This document shows positions 37,331-52,300 of a stretch of 64,000 nucleotides of DNA, one piece after another. This DNA comes from Catajapyx aquilonaris (Eukaryota). The notes beneath the pieces were generated by a model. The model ran no database searches, was not told the DNA's origin, and saw nothing but the letters and a program-made list of their open reading frames with translations. Location: positions 1 to 64,000 of the forward strand of contig JYFJ02001528.1 in NCBI GenBank assembly GCA_000934665.2. Direction: 5' to 3'. Position 1 is the first letter of the stretch. Each line of letters starts with the position of its first letter. A program made the position numbers and the translations under genes.

Positions 37331-38938
37331 CCATTTATCCCCACACATAACCCCAGCTAGCAGACGTGCTTGTCTGCCAACGCTCCACATTACAAAGTGA
37401 TTTAATACATCGCCAGGGGACCTTCCTCAAATACCCTCCCGCTGCAATGCAGGCAGACAAAAAAGAAAAGAGAGGCAGGGAAAAATGCCACTTGACTAAC
37501 CCTCCAAACGTTCCCTTTCATAAACTCTACATCAGAGAGCTTTTGGGGCTCAATGTGTGCTCATTTCATTGGGCCTTTGCCTTGGGGCTTTCTACCTCCA
37601 CATGTTTTAACCACAGATACCCAAATATTCCTTTCCGCCCTTCTTTTATGACCTGAAAGTTATAGAACAATAGCCATAGTTGGCTATTGCTGGGGTGCGA
37701 GAAAAGGCCGTGGCCACCCTTTGACGGAGGTTCAATAATTGGGTAATTTAGTCAAGAGCGAACGTGGTGTCTGCATCAAACAGGAGGCGGGAAGAGCCAC
37801 TTGAGAGGTCTCTGGCAAAGGGACACCAAATGGGGGGCTTCCCTCACTGGGATATAATAATAAAAATAGACGAGGACGGAGCTTCGTGGATACTGTGTAG
37901 CAGTAATCATTGTTTGCGAACATTGCTGGACAATACTGGCGGGGGAAGATGATAAACAACAGCTGAAAATATCTGCATTTTTGGTATACCAACTAATTTT
38001 CCGATAACAAAAGTTGCAAGAAAATTATATTTGCATTACTGTTCCTGCATACCTGCATAACTCCCTTTTCTGGCCGGCTTCCAGTGGTCCCTTCACAGTT
38101 AAACCCCTTCCCCCAGCCCATCGTGCCTGTGTCTCTAGGTATATAGGGATTAGGGAACGAGAATCTGTACCCACTGTGTACAGTCTGTATAGACCGACTT
38201 TAGCGTGGCGTCTCTTGTGGTGAAATACAGTATGTCGTGCCTTTGTGATGGTAGCAGCAAGCGAGTGGCTCATGCAACTGCATGATTATGCCAGGTGGCT
38301 TTATACGCACTTGTAATGGCGCAGTTTATTACCTGGTGTATTACTGGAATGTACAAAGTGGAGGGTTGAAGGAAAGGAGGAAGGGGAGTTTTAAATTATT
38401 GTTCGCATGTGCCCGTTTTAAAATGAAATAATATGCGTTAAAATCAACTCAGTAATTATTTTGAAATATTGTCGCCATCTTGGTTTAAAATCAAAATTAC
38501 TGTCACAAGAATACACAACATCGGGCAAAAGTTTATCTGCAGCTTTAGTGAATAGGTATACACTTATACATATAACACTTGTAAGTTTGTGTATGAACGA
38601 AGAGACCATAGAATGAAAATGATACAAAATAATTGATTACATTATTTCTAAATTCTACGTTTTGTCAAAAATGATCGACTGAATATGCAAACCACCATCG
38701 AGGAGTGTGTATGTGTATATACAGGTCTGGCAACTTGCCCTCTTATCACGTAGATCTTAGAGTCCCACCCGCTCGCTGATCCACTAAGTGTATGGAGCGA
38801 GACCCCTACACTGCGGCGACAATTATTACTATTATTCAGAACGGATGATGAGAAAGTGGATACGAACAAGCCTCAGTGAAAAGGAACGAACGGACCATGC
38901 CTACTAGATTTGAATTGGCTGTTTGGGACAAAGCGGGA

Positions 38939-39304
38939 CAAAGATATCTGCTATATATTACTTTAGATACATAACTCGCTATCCCTTTCCATACGAGCAA
39001 AGTGATGCCTGCCAATCACGCCCAAAGTAAAGATGGCGTCATCGTTACTTTGGGCGGGGTAGCAGAAGCGGCCGTAGGGGCGGCCCCTGTGCAGATGGGC
39101 CGGACCGCAGTGGGACGTTTCCAGGGGCGCGGGGCATCCCTTGAAGATGCCCAACTACGTACAGGCCACGACGGAAGATCGATCCAAGTCGCCCAAAGCC
39201 GCCATCTTTGCTTTGGGCGACTGGCACAATCACCTATCACAAACTGGCATCACTTTTTCTTAGCAGTTATGTATCTAGAGTTATATATGTAGCAGAAATA
39301 TTTG
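38939..39304. mobile_element. MITE family D copy 2, shorter internal variant
   Basis: CAAAGATATCTGCTATAT ... TAGCAGAAATATTTG. Body matches 17285-17802 minus about 210 bp. Confidence 0.85.
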
Positions 39305-41399
39305 GTTTGGGAGTCTTGGTCCGTCGTGTTCCGCCACCAGCTGCATCCTGTTGGTTAAAGTAAATAATGGAACGGAACAAGCGCCGCAACTAAGCGGCAC
39401 CCCACCTAACTACTGATATGCCGATCTAAGGTCACAGGGGTCTGACGGAGAAACCTATATGAAAAAAAGCGTAGTTGCAGTGGAGTGATGCAAACAGCAC
39501 CAATTTCAGGACATCTCGTAGAGTCCGTAGTGACCATAAAGCTCTTTGTTTATCGTTTACAAGGGTTGCGCCAGCTGTTAATGTAATCGATTTGGGAGTA
39601 AATTATAGCAACATTATAACTCTTCTCTACACTCGAAACATGGTCACGCGGACAAGCATTTCAATGTCAGGTTATTTATTGCTGGGTACTTCAATCGTCA
39701 CCCAATTTTTGGTTGACGTTATCCAGGAAATTCGCCTGAATATTCTGCCCAATTTGCATAAATCATTGTTGAAACGACGGTACACTGTATATGGTAGGTA
39801 AATAGATATTCAAATAGTAAGAGTTCCGAGAATGAGGTCAATTGGCTGGTACTATTGTCCCTTACGTTCATGTAGGCCTATACACGGTATTGCTTTTCTC
39901 CCGCATTGCATTCAATATTTATTCAGGTCAGAAAAAGTGGCGTAAAACTTTGCGGAATTAATACATTCATGGGACGTGGTGTTTGAATGAGAAAATTACG
40001 TGTCATAGAAATCCAATTCACTTAATGACCTGTATAGTCAAGCAGTCCGTGAAATTATCTACCGTACATTAGCTACCCCACTTCATCGGTCAGTGAAAGA
40101 GAAACCGAATGATCCTTTCTGTAGAATTGACTTTACTGTGGCACTCAGTAATTTCAGAGAAACTTTTTCCTAATAAAACCAGATGAAAAGAGCGCGAAAC
40201 TCACTTTTTTCTTATCGATTCACCGAGCAGTTACAATCCGGGTGTGAAGGTAGTGATTTTATTTATAACGTGGTACCATTACAAAACACGCAAAAACCAC
40301 AAAAAAAACTTTGTTTCATAGTTTATTCTTGGCCGTATATAAAACCCCGTGGTAGAATGTAATATTCATTATTCAGTAGTTTTGGTCAATTTTGAAATGT
40401 GTCGGAATTATAAACTGATTATTAGCACCATAAATATTGTCTATTCATTTCGCTCTAAATTAACGCAAGTCATGCTGGCACATATCATTTAGGATGTGTA
40501 TGCACAGTGTAAAATAGCAATAAAAACTGTTGAATCACAAGTTAAACATGGATTTTCATTACTCTGGCAAAATTGATAATATTAAAAAGAAGTTTTACTT
40601 GTTATACACTAATATACAATAATGTATTAGCAACAACCTTCATTCACAATATATTTTGGCATGCCATGGAGAAACAATTCCTGAGGAACACGCTTCTTCT
40701 GCGGCGATGAATTCATAAATTACTCAGTCAATACGTGATAAAACCAGCGAAAAATGGAACGGGCGCCATTTCGGAACTATTTTGGCAGTGTTTTAGAGCG
40801 CAATCCGGGTTGGAAGAAGACTCAAAAATATGAATTCCTGCTGCGTTTACTGCGGCAGGAATGAATACCTGACCTACTATCGGATGAAAATGTGCAAAGC
40901 AAGGTTGTGTACCGGTAGAAGGAATTCTCCAGATAGGCGCAATAGAACATCCAACCCTACGTGGTGATAGAAAATTATTGACTTTTTGCTGACGTACTGC
41001 TGCATCTCCTGTGGCCCAAAAGTTCAAATAACGAGCATCATTTGAGCCACAGCCGATGTACGTCATTAGCGATTTAATTCAGTTGCTTAACTTTCACTTT
41101 TGCAGTATAATGGTGAAGTTTAAATTAATATTATTCAGATTAAAGTTATATTTTAAAGTCAGTATTTAAATGCGCACTACAACTTGAATGCATGACCTTT
41201 ATGCTACATAGTGTTGTCCCTTGAGCTTCATGTAGGATGCATCGAAAACTTTCCGGAATAATTTTCAAAATCATCCAGCAAGAATTATGTAATTCTAAAG
41301 AAGCTTTTCTATAAAGAATGTTCCTCTCCCAATTTGTGACATCGAAATCAAATAATCAATTTCATAAAACGGTAAATGTTGGAAGCCTGCTGCTGAGAG

Positions 41400-42000
41400 A
41401 ATAATTTATTATGGCCTTTTCAACTTTCCCGATAAAAACTAATACTCGTCTGAATTATTGCAAGCTCAAGACTGACCTGCACATAATATTTTTATTCAAT
41501 GTTCTTACAAAGCTTTCATAAATATTCTTTCTTAAAATTTGTGTAAGCCTGGTTTATATAACCCTTTTGGCGTCATAAAAACAAAATGAAAAATTGCTTA
41601 AAATTTTTCGTACGCACGTATACAGTGGTTAAACTGTATTTATACATTGCATCATAAAACTAAATGCACAGAAGAGCATATTGCAAGATGTGGTCACTTA
41701 AACGAAGCTTGAACTGGAGAAGTATATGGCTTCCCCTCCCATTATTTCTGTCGAAAGTGGGTATGTGTCACAACAAATAACAATTTTCCACTTGACCACG
41801 CCTTCTCCTTCATCAAAAACAGTTTTATTGCCTCCAAGTACTTTAGTCTGCCGAAAAAAACAGGCGTAAAATTCCATTGGCCATTGATATCACATGGAAC
41901 ACAACCTATAAAGAACCCGGGGTTTTACTATTTTCAAAATAAAATACAGCTCTTAACTCTCCTTTTTGTAATCATACTTTGCAGACTAAACCCTCTCCTG
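41400..42000 (-). pseudogene. Decayed LINE (RTE-like) RT relic
   Basis: Broken minus-strand motifs FR...ST.EAI...MKEKAW...FD. Boundaries are uncertain. Confidence 0.35.
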
Positions 42001-45000
42001 ATTTCCATGATCTGGTTATTGGTTTTACGATAAAAGATTCTCTCGAGTATGAAGAAGATAAGCGTATAATGAAGCCATGAAACTTCACATGACCCCCCAA
42101 ATAAGCTTCAGAGCTCTTGATTCAATATACACGAGAAGCGATGTCATCTCAGAAGTTCCCCGACGGTGGAAGTTACTCGGCAAGTTGAAGAGATATTTTA
42201 TACTCGCAGTGGTTTTCCTTTATCGGAACCCTTTTCATGTATGGATGGATAATTGCCAGCCTCAGTCTCAGTCATAATGTCCATTTAAAACCATTTTGTA
42301 CACCATTCAAAAAAGTTTCTCCGCCACTCCTTGCTTTTTTGTAATTTGCAAATTACAACAGGCCAATAAGTTTCCTTAAGGCTCTCCGCACAGTGTACTT
42401 CAACTCCTAAGCCATCTGAAAATATTGATTATCTGACTTGACAATATTTACCTCTTTATCTCTCTGGTATAGTCCGATTAATTTTTAAAGCTTTGAGGAG
42501 AACATTAAAGTTTCCTTGCAACTTTGAGCAAAATATTTGAGAAGCTCGTCTTCTTTGCTCCAAATCCTTTAGCCCTGCTGACCGTCGCCACCCCCTTTCC
42601 TCTTCCTCCGCCCAGAATATAATGATTTTTTATGAGGGAATGGAGGAACTTGATGTGTCCCCAAGCTCTCTTGCAATTTATAACCTCAGTAAAATTGTAA
42701 CCAATAAAGAATGTCGGGGATCAAGAGGTGCGCATCTGGACTTTGTGGCCGAGATAATCCGATTTTTTTGCCGAACACTTTGAGTTGTCATATGCCATGA
42801 ATCATATAACTTGATGCAATTGATGCGGAAATAAGTACCCACCAATATTTATACGTTCTACAAACTTTATCGACGCTCCTTTCTCAGCATGGATGTAATT
42901 CAAGAAAATAATGTTGTGCGTGGTCCTTCAAGGTGCGTGAGTTTGCACAGTAAACTGCATAAAGTGTGGCTATTCTCCACCTGAGAGGCAGCAGAAACCC
43001 CGTCCTGGTAGCCTGCAGATGTGTTCATTTCAAATTGCGCCAGGCATTCATTTTCTGCATCCGGAATCCCTACCAGAAGGAAATAATTAGCAGTCCAAAT
43101 AAAGCGCAGGGGCAGCCACGTTGACGTGAGCAACAGTTTCGACCTCATCCCCTAGCATCAAATAGGACCTCCGCATATACTACGCCATACAGCTCCGAAT
43201 TTCGCAGGTTGAATTACACTTGATATATAGCTCTGAAGCTTCACCAGGGCTCAAATCCCGCCTAGTCATCCTCTTGCAGGTGTTTGGCCTAGGAAGTAGA
43301 CGAACCGCTGCAGCTTATTGTTTAGTAATGGTGGTCAGTCCAGTGACTCTTTGGCAATATTGACGTGCTGGATCGGGTTCGAGTTCTTGCGCCCTAGGCA
43401 CGGCTGGATATCAGGTTAGCCCTCTCTATCCCATAGTCTCAGCCGCAGTGTAATAAGGCGGGGGACCCCCCAGTCAACAATGCACCAGGAAAAAAGTTTG
43501 TGCGATTATGAGAAAGAATTAATTCTTTCCAAAATTTCTTTTCCAAGAAGTCGCAGAGGTTGATGCTTCTGGAGAGGGAAAGGATGGTTCAAATCCGTCT
43601 CCCTTCCAGTCGCACCCAAGGCTCTCATTAAAGTTGCAAGACTATCAGGGGATGAGTCTTATCAGAAACACTGAGGAGAAGGGGGAATTCAATTGCATAA
43701 GGGAGTTGGTTCGTTGTAAGAGCCGTGAAACGGAAATGCTTGGCGAGTGGCCAATGCCAGCCAGCAGCCTCCTAAAGCAGGGAGAGATGAGAAGGAGTTT
43801 GTTAGGGAACGCCTGCTGCTCCAGGAGGAATGGAAAAAAAAGAGAGAAAAAGGGGCGCAAATCAAGTCTGAAGGGGAGGGGTGGCTGAATGAGTGGCTGA
43901 ATGAATGAATGAATTCAGGGGGACTCAAATAGGGAAGGCGGGTTGAGGGCGGGCGTCGTGTCCCTGTAAACTCGAAACCTTTTCCATTCAATTTCCTAGG
44001 CACACAGGCTGGGCAATAAGTTCTCGGGTAAATTGTCGCATTTAGGAGACAGGCCTAGGCGAGGAGGACAACCGAGTGTTGGGTTCTCTTGGGAATTAAT
44101 CTTGGGAGTCTGCCTGGGAGAAGCTGTGGTTTCCTGCGCGATCACGTGGTCCTAAGAAATTATCTGGGGGCTTATGAGCTCAACGCTACTTGATGAATAC
44201 ACGGCGTGCGTGTATTGAATATGAAGCGCACAAAGGGTATTTCAGACAATGGGCCCGAGGCCTATTAATTTTTGGAAATTGTTGGATTAAAACCAGCATT
44301 GCGCCGCTGGTCAGTAATTTGCTTTTTTATTAAAAACGGAAAGTACCTTTCACCTCCTGTGTTTTTTTTTGAACCGCCATGGTGTTCTCTGATCATTATT
44401 TATGATGTTCCAAAAGTCTGTCTAGATCCATATCGGGGTGTATTTTGCATATGCTCCTCCGGCGCACAGTTCAATCGAGGTGCCAATTGATCCAGGATAT
44501 CCACTGATGCGGCTCCAATCTGACATTAGAGACACCCTGTTATACTTTATTTCGCTGCTTTGTCTACCATTCATATTCCAAGTTATTTTAATACTCTATA
44601 ATACTTGGAATCCACATTTAGTATAGGCGTTATGAAAATCGTAGGTAGCCAAGGCGAACCGACTCATCCTATTGATCTCTCGAATCTCCCGCAAAAAACA
44701 TCGCTTTACAACTTCGAGCTTCTTTTCCTCCTTTGTCTCCCTATCCTTTCTCTGGCCATTAGGAAATTCTTTCACTTAAGGGATTAGTTTCGCTTTATGA
44801 CGTACGAAAAGATAGCAGCGAGACAAAATACACTTGAACAAATTTGTTTTACCTCAGATCTCTGATATCTATTAAGGAAAGGCCTTTACGAAAACCGGAG
44901 CAATGGTTTAAAAATTAAAACCATGTATTTCATTTAGGAAAAACTAATGTTAAGATTAATTCTAGTAGTTTCTGTAGCTTATACTTCGGCATGTTACTTC

Positions 45001-47597
45001 TTTACGGCAAGAAGTGGTTCAATAAAATAAGTTACTCCGTTTTTTCGATACAAATATCGCAAATTGAAAGCTTTGATTTTAAAATAAAATTTTACAAAGT
45101 GATTAGTAAAGCCAGAGATTTGAAACAATTAGACTACCTCTGACATTCATACTTTACTTGAACCACACTGTTCCATGAGATATTTTAATATCTACTTATT
45201 TCGACTACCCAGCACTTGTTCTTTGGTGACACATACGTATGCTGTCTCTTGTTTGAGCGGTAATACTGTATGCTCCCATGTTGCTGGTTTGTACGAAAGC
45301 TTGCGTGGCTGAATGGATGTGTAGGAAGGAAGTTAGATCTAGTGGATCTGGGCCAGAAACTTGTTGGTCGTGGTCAATATATGACCACGCTTTTACGAAA
45401 GTGGACCCTTTTTTGTTGCCAGTGTTACAGGGTGGAAAACTGACTAATTGCCATTTGCAACACAGATTTTTACTACTCGGACACACTATGCAGAATAAAG
45501 ACTGAGCATCACGCTTTCAACATTTTAGCTTTAATTAACATGATTGTATTATCTATTCCCTTTATTCCCTTCTCCTTCAAATGCAAATTCTTACAGTAAA
45601 AGACGGTTTCTATATTTCCTGCACACATCATCATGCGAAGATGTGTACCGTGAGCCTATCACTTCCGTTCGGAATTGAGTAAGCGCAGATGTATATACTA
45701 TTTAGTGTCCTGCATGCTTGGAATGCTTCTATAGTACTGCAAAATGTCTGCCCCGTCCTGCATTCGAACTGCTGCCCACTCAAAATGCAGATCAGTCGCT
45801 GTTGACTATAATGAGACCGCCAGTTAGGGAATTCCGAACCAGCCAGTTGAGCAATCTCTCTCTCTTGCTCGTGAAGCTCGCAAGCTGCTTCAAGTCACGT
45901 TTCCTCCAAGGTGAAGAAGTCGGACAGGTCCAAATCCACTGCCGTTTTGATTACTGACTCGCTTCTTATTCTACCAGACTATTGGTATGACGAAGTTCCG
46001 AATAATGCAGCCCACTCTTCATTGTATTTACATAACCGGACAAGTGGGAGGAACTGCATATGATAATGCTGGAAGAAAATGGTGGTAGCAGCATTGGTCT
46101 GCATTTGCTCGAATGTCACAAGCCCAAAAAGTATTAGGATGTGATGCTGCTGCACAAGGGGAAAAAGTTTCCCAAGTAGCCAAGAGGCTTTTCTGTGCTG
46201 CCAAATCAGCATTTTGCAAGGAGGGGAGAGCTGACTCTCAAACACTGCAGGTCACGACGCATCGCTGCAGAGTCAACTTTTTTTTTGTCCGGCGACCATT
46301 TTGCTCCCTACATTGGCATAGTTTGGTCCGGGAGTTCCGGATAGGCCTACTTGCAGCTTAGAGTTATGACCTGCATTTTATGAAAGGCCCACAAAAAAAG
46401 GGGATGTCGAACTATATAGCTGCTTTGTACGTGTCCAGCTAATTCGAGAGTTCATCGATTGTTTTTTTGTTACGGTCCAGCAAAATATCCCAGGAATAGT
46501 CGAGAGTAAATATTTTTGAGCTTGTGCAAAAGGGTGAGATGTGAGGGTCAGAAATCCAATCCCCGTCCCCCAGGTCAGGGACACCCCAGACCAATTTGAG
46601 AATGAGGGAGAAAATAAGAACAGAGGGAGTTGGCGATAAGGTTAGCTGTTAGTAAAGCAATAAATGTCATGTTGGGAGGAAATGTGTATAGTTTCTCAAA
46701 GAATAGTGCTTGCAGCACTGTATGATGAATGGTTTTTCGGATGCGAACTGCCAATGTGCAGAGGGCATTGGAGCGACTAACAAATCCCCAGTTCAAATAG
46801 CCCGATTCGGTGGCAATCAATCAACACGCCTTACCCCAAGATTGGCTCGATTAACGTGTAGGCCTGCGAGTATCGGCACGGTTGGAAACAACCCCGTAGG
46901 ACTTCCTGTGATGGATGACCGGGTTGGCATGTGTTCTCTATACCGAGTGGTCCACGATCAACTCCCCTCTTGTGATGTCATAATATGATCATTTTAAATC
47001 TCTGATTAAACCCCCCCAAATTACGCCTTAGCTTGGAGTGTAGATGAGCATGTAACCCATATAAGTCATCGACACAGTTTTGCATAGATTGGATCATTCA
47101 TAATTAGGTGAATTTGATTTTATGATATGGTGTTGGGAGTTTATGGCAGATTGCGGCCCCTAATGATCATGCACGGGCCGTAAACACAGGGTCTAATATG
47201 TTCCATCAAATATCTCAACTTGGGCATCCTTCTATAGGACTCAATTTTTGAACATATTGCATATAGGGCCTACAGTATCTTTTTTATAACGGAAGCCCCT
47301 ATATAAGACTAGGTTTTAGTTTACGTTCTACAAATTATTCCTAAATTTTGTAGTGCTTTGAGAGATATTTTTTTCTCACGCGAGTGTGGATAATAACGCA
47401 CGTTAATTTTGCTTGATTATAAAATATACAGTTTGCACTCCAGAACACTGTCCTCTCAGCAACATATACGGAAATGCTGCACATTTTTAGAGTGCTTGCA
47501 GTGGCGGTAATGTCAAATTTTAAACATTTTAAAATCGCAAGTTTCAAAGCTGTTTGCACAACTTTAATGCCAATGATCAAAACTGCTCCACTTTATC

Positions 47598-48090
47598 GTA
47601 TTCAGTATTCAGTATTCAGTATTCAGTATTAGCAATAATCTTTATTGAAAATTGTTGCGTTCCATGGCGAACCAGTCCTTATTATGGAAACTTTTTTGAA
47701 ACATCAAAAACGGTAGAAATTCAGATGTCTGTTATGCATAGAAATAATTGATTGTTGTTTTGGCACAATGATTTGTTGTTCTAATGCCTGTAACATATTG
47801 CATGATAAAAGGGGAGCACTGTTGCAGAATTTGCTTCATTACAATGACCTGACTCTGATGTACGATCGTGATTATTCGCTCGGGAAAATGCTCAGTGTAA
47901 TGTCAGTTTTACTTTTCACACTGTTTAATAATTCAGTTGCTGTTGGGATGAGCATTTTGCACTTGTATGGTGCCAACTAGTCACTGACTCAGAGGCAGGA
48001 CGTGATTCACCGTTCCGTATAATATCCCAGTGTGCAGCATTGATTGAGCCAGGCATTGTCTGTAGAACGTGACTGCGAATTATGGAATGA
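47598..48090 (-). mobile_element. 3' end of an old CR1/L2-like LINE with (CTGAATA)n tail
   Basis: (TATTCAG)4 next to TTTATT, which reads as AATAAA before a tandem tail on the minus strand. Decayed coding-like sequence upstream. Confidence 0.45.
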
Positions 48091-48554
48091 GGCAAGGGGC
48101 AGTCCATAAATTACGTCAAGCTGTTTTTGACCATTTTTACCTTTCACTTTTCCCCTTGCAAAGCAGTCATAATATATTAAACTCTCTAACTTACGTCACC
48201 TTCTCCCTCCATCTCCCTTTCCTCCCTGTTTATTATGTACCATATTCAACATCATCAATATATTGTAGTTATGGAATAAATGCCCTGTATACCTTTACAG
48301 TTTACAGTGTAGAGTAATAGTAAACTGTACGCATTAATATATGTATATTTTTTATTCATTGCTATATAGACTGAATAAGATTTGGGACAATAATTATTAC
48401 TCTACAGTACATTTGCATAGTCTAATAAAAAGTTGAAATGAAGTTTCAGAGCGTAGCGACAAGCTTGCCTAAATCCTCCCTCAGACTATATGGTTACGTA
48501 CTAACATGAGGAGAGTTCTTCCCCTCAGTCCCTCCCCTCTGGCTGACAGCAGCA

Positions 48555-48601
48555 GGGAATATTGGGGGGCCATCCATATATGGATGGCCCCCAATATTCC
48601 C
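48555..48601. repeat. 47-bp near-perfect palindrome containing two Harbinger-like TIR tips
   Basis: GGGAATATTGGGGGGCCATCCATATATGGATGGCCCCCAATATTCCC. Confidence 0.85.
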
Positions 48602-48799
48602 AGCTGTAGATGTCTGTTGAGCTTTGGGCTAAGGGATTTAGGAATGTTCCGTCTCACAACGTCAGCCTGTTTCCGTCCAGCCCATCGTTTCCACCCAACT
48701 GCTAGCCTGCGACTCCTCCACAAGATACTAAAGAAGTCCAAGAGCTCTCCCTCCTCCACCTCTCTATATATGTTGCGGTGCAAGCAGTGGAACAAAATA

Positions 48800-49300
48800 A
48801 TGGTGAGCATCCAAGTGAAGCCATTTTGGCAGTGTCATTAGAGGAAGAGAACAAGAGCCATTTCGACAGGAGCAGCCGAGAGGGGCGTTCAGTTAGTTGG
48901 AGGGGGTAGGGAATGAGATTATTTAGTGTCAAGCGCAGTAAGTGGGCGTATGAAAAGAGAAGAGTGACTGTGCAAGTGGCTGTGCCCAAGTCATAACCCA
49001 AACTACCCTCCCTTATTTCCATCCACAAACGACGCTGACTTACCACAGGAGACTCTGGAGAGAAATTTGCCCTTTTGCTTGCCTACCAGACCCGACTTTC
49101 TGTACCATCCCACCCCTTGCTAAGATGGATGGATGAGACCCTATGCGGACCTCATAACCTATCAGTTCCATGTGAGGGCCCCCCAGCAGTCGAGTGGGGA
49201 ACAATTTTCTTTCTTGGAAATTAGTCTGGATGAGCCTTTCCGGTGAGAGTGGGTGCCTACGTGACTGTGCCCGAGGGACCGGGACTAGGCCTCATTCATG
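48800..49300 (+). pseudogene. Decayed LINE RT fragment
   Basis: FDR-like motif, then EKRRVTVQVAVPK...PSLF resembling the GVPQG region. Confidence 0.35.
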
Positions 49301-52300
49301 CACCTATTAGGCAACTTGAATGCCGTTTGCATGCCCCACCCATTCACTCACTGGGCTCACTCACTTCCCAAACAACCCAGCACGTGGATCTCTCCCAAAT
49401 TACAAGCGACGGTTGGGCTCAAGCACGGCCATGGACGATCATCATCAATATTCATCAGAAAAGGCCTGTGGAGCCACTTCTTACACTAGCCTTTTACGAG
49501 TGCTTTGGGTGCCAATCCGCCATCGGAAAACTGTAACATGGCTCAAGAATAATGCATGTTTGACTATGTGAGACTATGATTTGTGTAGTACCTAACAAGA
49601 GGCCAAATGATGACGACATTGGCCGCATATAATCTTATCTCGTTATCGCAATTGCATTGCCAAATGCAAGGATTCAGCCTGAGCTCCAGTCAAAAGAGCG
49701 TGACATCATCTGGCTCCCTTTGCGTTCGAATCTACTCTGCTGTTAATATCTCTACATCTGGTCGTCCTCTTGTCGGAGCCGATGATATCCCAGGATTTGC
49801 GTAGGGGGTGTCGAGTGGTTGCGGCGACCGGCGAGGATGAAAGGAGGTGCCTATATACACTTGACACGCGATTTTGACCAGTTAACCTACGTGATTTTTA
49901 CGACGGGTTAATGACAAGGAAGGGCACGAGCCAATTATTGTCTCAAAGTGTTCATTTTGAAATTTCGTTTTACTGCGAAATAGTGAGTAAAATTCAAGAT
50001 GAATCATTAATTCGTGTACGGTATACCTTTCGTGAACGAATTCTGCATTGTACGAGTAGAGCAAAACCATCCTATCTTATCGTATGACAAAAAGTGTTCG
50101 GGCCAAGAAGCCGACGGTTTTTCTTGACTATCAACACTGTATCATGAGTATCATCAAGTATCATCTTGATTACGTCAAAGCAATGCGAATTCTCTGGAAA
50201 ACTGGGAAGAAAGCCCAGTACACAAACAACTTATTTTGTACCACACAAGAGTTTAGAAAAGAGCTATGACACTCTATGTCTGCCATTTTATGACGAAAAG
50301 AATGCAGCCCGAGTGGCTTAGAACACGAAACAAACCTTTCGTGCTTTCGTTTTTACTCCTATTTCAAGTAGCTTTGACTGCAGCAATCCGCAATCCTCGA
50401 GAGGGCAAGGAAGAGAAAATCCGGCGCTTGGCATCCACGCGATTGGGCAGTAAGCAGAGGAGTCAATAGTGCTCCAGAGATTTCTCTGTTGCTTTGGATC
50501 TCGAAGATATCTGCCCAGCGTCATTCAGAATGTCTGCCAAATTCCTCTGGCTGCCTGCAAGATTTTCTTGCCAAGCTGACACACTATAGTAGTCTGATCC
50601 TGTATTCCGACCTTAGTCACCTGCTCGTTCATAAAATAAAGAATTTTTTTTATGGAAACAGGCTAGGGTGATTCCAGGCTCACTGAATCAAAATGGAATA
50701 ATTGATATCTGCATGCAGAAAATTACTATTTTTGGCATTCACTTATTCAAATAACCGGCCAGGACTTTAAAGTCAAAAAGGTCGAGCAATCTCACTTGGC
50801 AAGGAAATACCAAGTTTATTTGCGCATATGCTGTGAAGTAATTGTTTGGTCATTGGCACTATTGTTGTATATTTCCAACTGATGAATGTGCATACGCAAT
50901 ATATTATACGCTACAGTGTATTAATTTGGTTTTAATGAAAAGTTCATTATATATTGTACACTGTTAATGCAAACGATTAGGTTTCAACTGCGGCCACTAG
51001 TAACAATGTTGGGGGGATCAGCTGTCATCAAGTCGTGTTGGATGGTGACCACAAACTACAGGTATATGCTATTATGATTATGCAGCAAGCTAACTCCCGA
51101 CTGCTAGGCGGTGCTAGTAAATGAGACATTTCGACGAATAAGGTTTCAGTTCATAGATTTACATTGAAAACATGCTGTAAGAGGCCATTAAACGATTTGT
51201 CCCTTTGTTAACGAAGGAGACACGAGAAGCTTGTGCATTAGAAAATTATTATGACTTACTGTAACGACGACTATACTGAGACTTTCTGCAAAATTCGGAA
51301 AATTCTGCTGTAGGCTCCCTGCATAATTACGACTATGCTTCCATGTTAAGGTAGCGTTTTCACGCTCTTTTATCCTAAATGAGCCTTGAGACGTTGTTGT
51401 ATCTTTGCTTACACTCTTAAACATTTGTTACAAGCATATTGTTTCTTATAACCTTAAGCTCTTATACAGCAGTCAATTACAGTAATAATATTATTGAAGC
51501 ACTACAAGTGCGCAACAATTTCGACATGAGAGTCTTACAGAAATTCTGCTTATTTTTTCAATTAGCAAAAAATATAATGTCGCTTTATTGTAAGCAACTA
51601 GCATAAGTAGGACAAAAATTGCCCAAAGCCGGAAATGCGTACCCCAAACCTGTAATATCCGCGATGAGAGATCAAGACGAAGGAAATAGCTTTTTGTCGC
51701 AAATTCAGAGGGTATCAATCGAGTGTACACATCAAAGCAAGTACTGTACTTTCAACTGCTGCCTTAGTAGAAAACAACTAAATATATAGCCAACGTTTCT
51801 CTAAGCAGTGTACCATGTGTGTTGATCCACCCTGTATAGAGCAATTCAGGACGTGGAAAACGATGACTTTTGTTTATAGGAATTACAAGCTCATCTGTAA
51901 TTACAAATCCATGCCTTTGCAAACGCGACATACCGGTGAAATTGCTCATGAAAAATTACCATATTATGACACGTGGGGAGTTGATCGTGGACCACACACT
52001 CTGGCGGTCAGGGATATATCACTTGCCAATATTAGTAACAGTTCGGAAGCCAATGTTACATCGATTTGCGCACGACATCAGGCGTACCGGTATGTGAGTT
52101 ATTACAGTAGAAATTTGGTTGCAAAATGTCGAAACAATTTCTTCTCTAATGGGTAATACCTTATACCTTATAGTAGGTGGAAGCGAATATGACATGTAAA
52201 TCTGTAATCAGTCTTGCATTATGACCATCATGCGGTTGACGCTAATCTCCTGAAGTTTATATGTGATTGTTTTTAATAACCAATTAAATCCAAATGCCGA

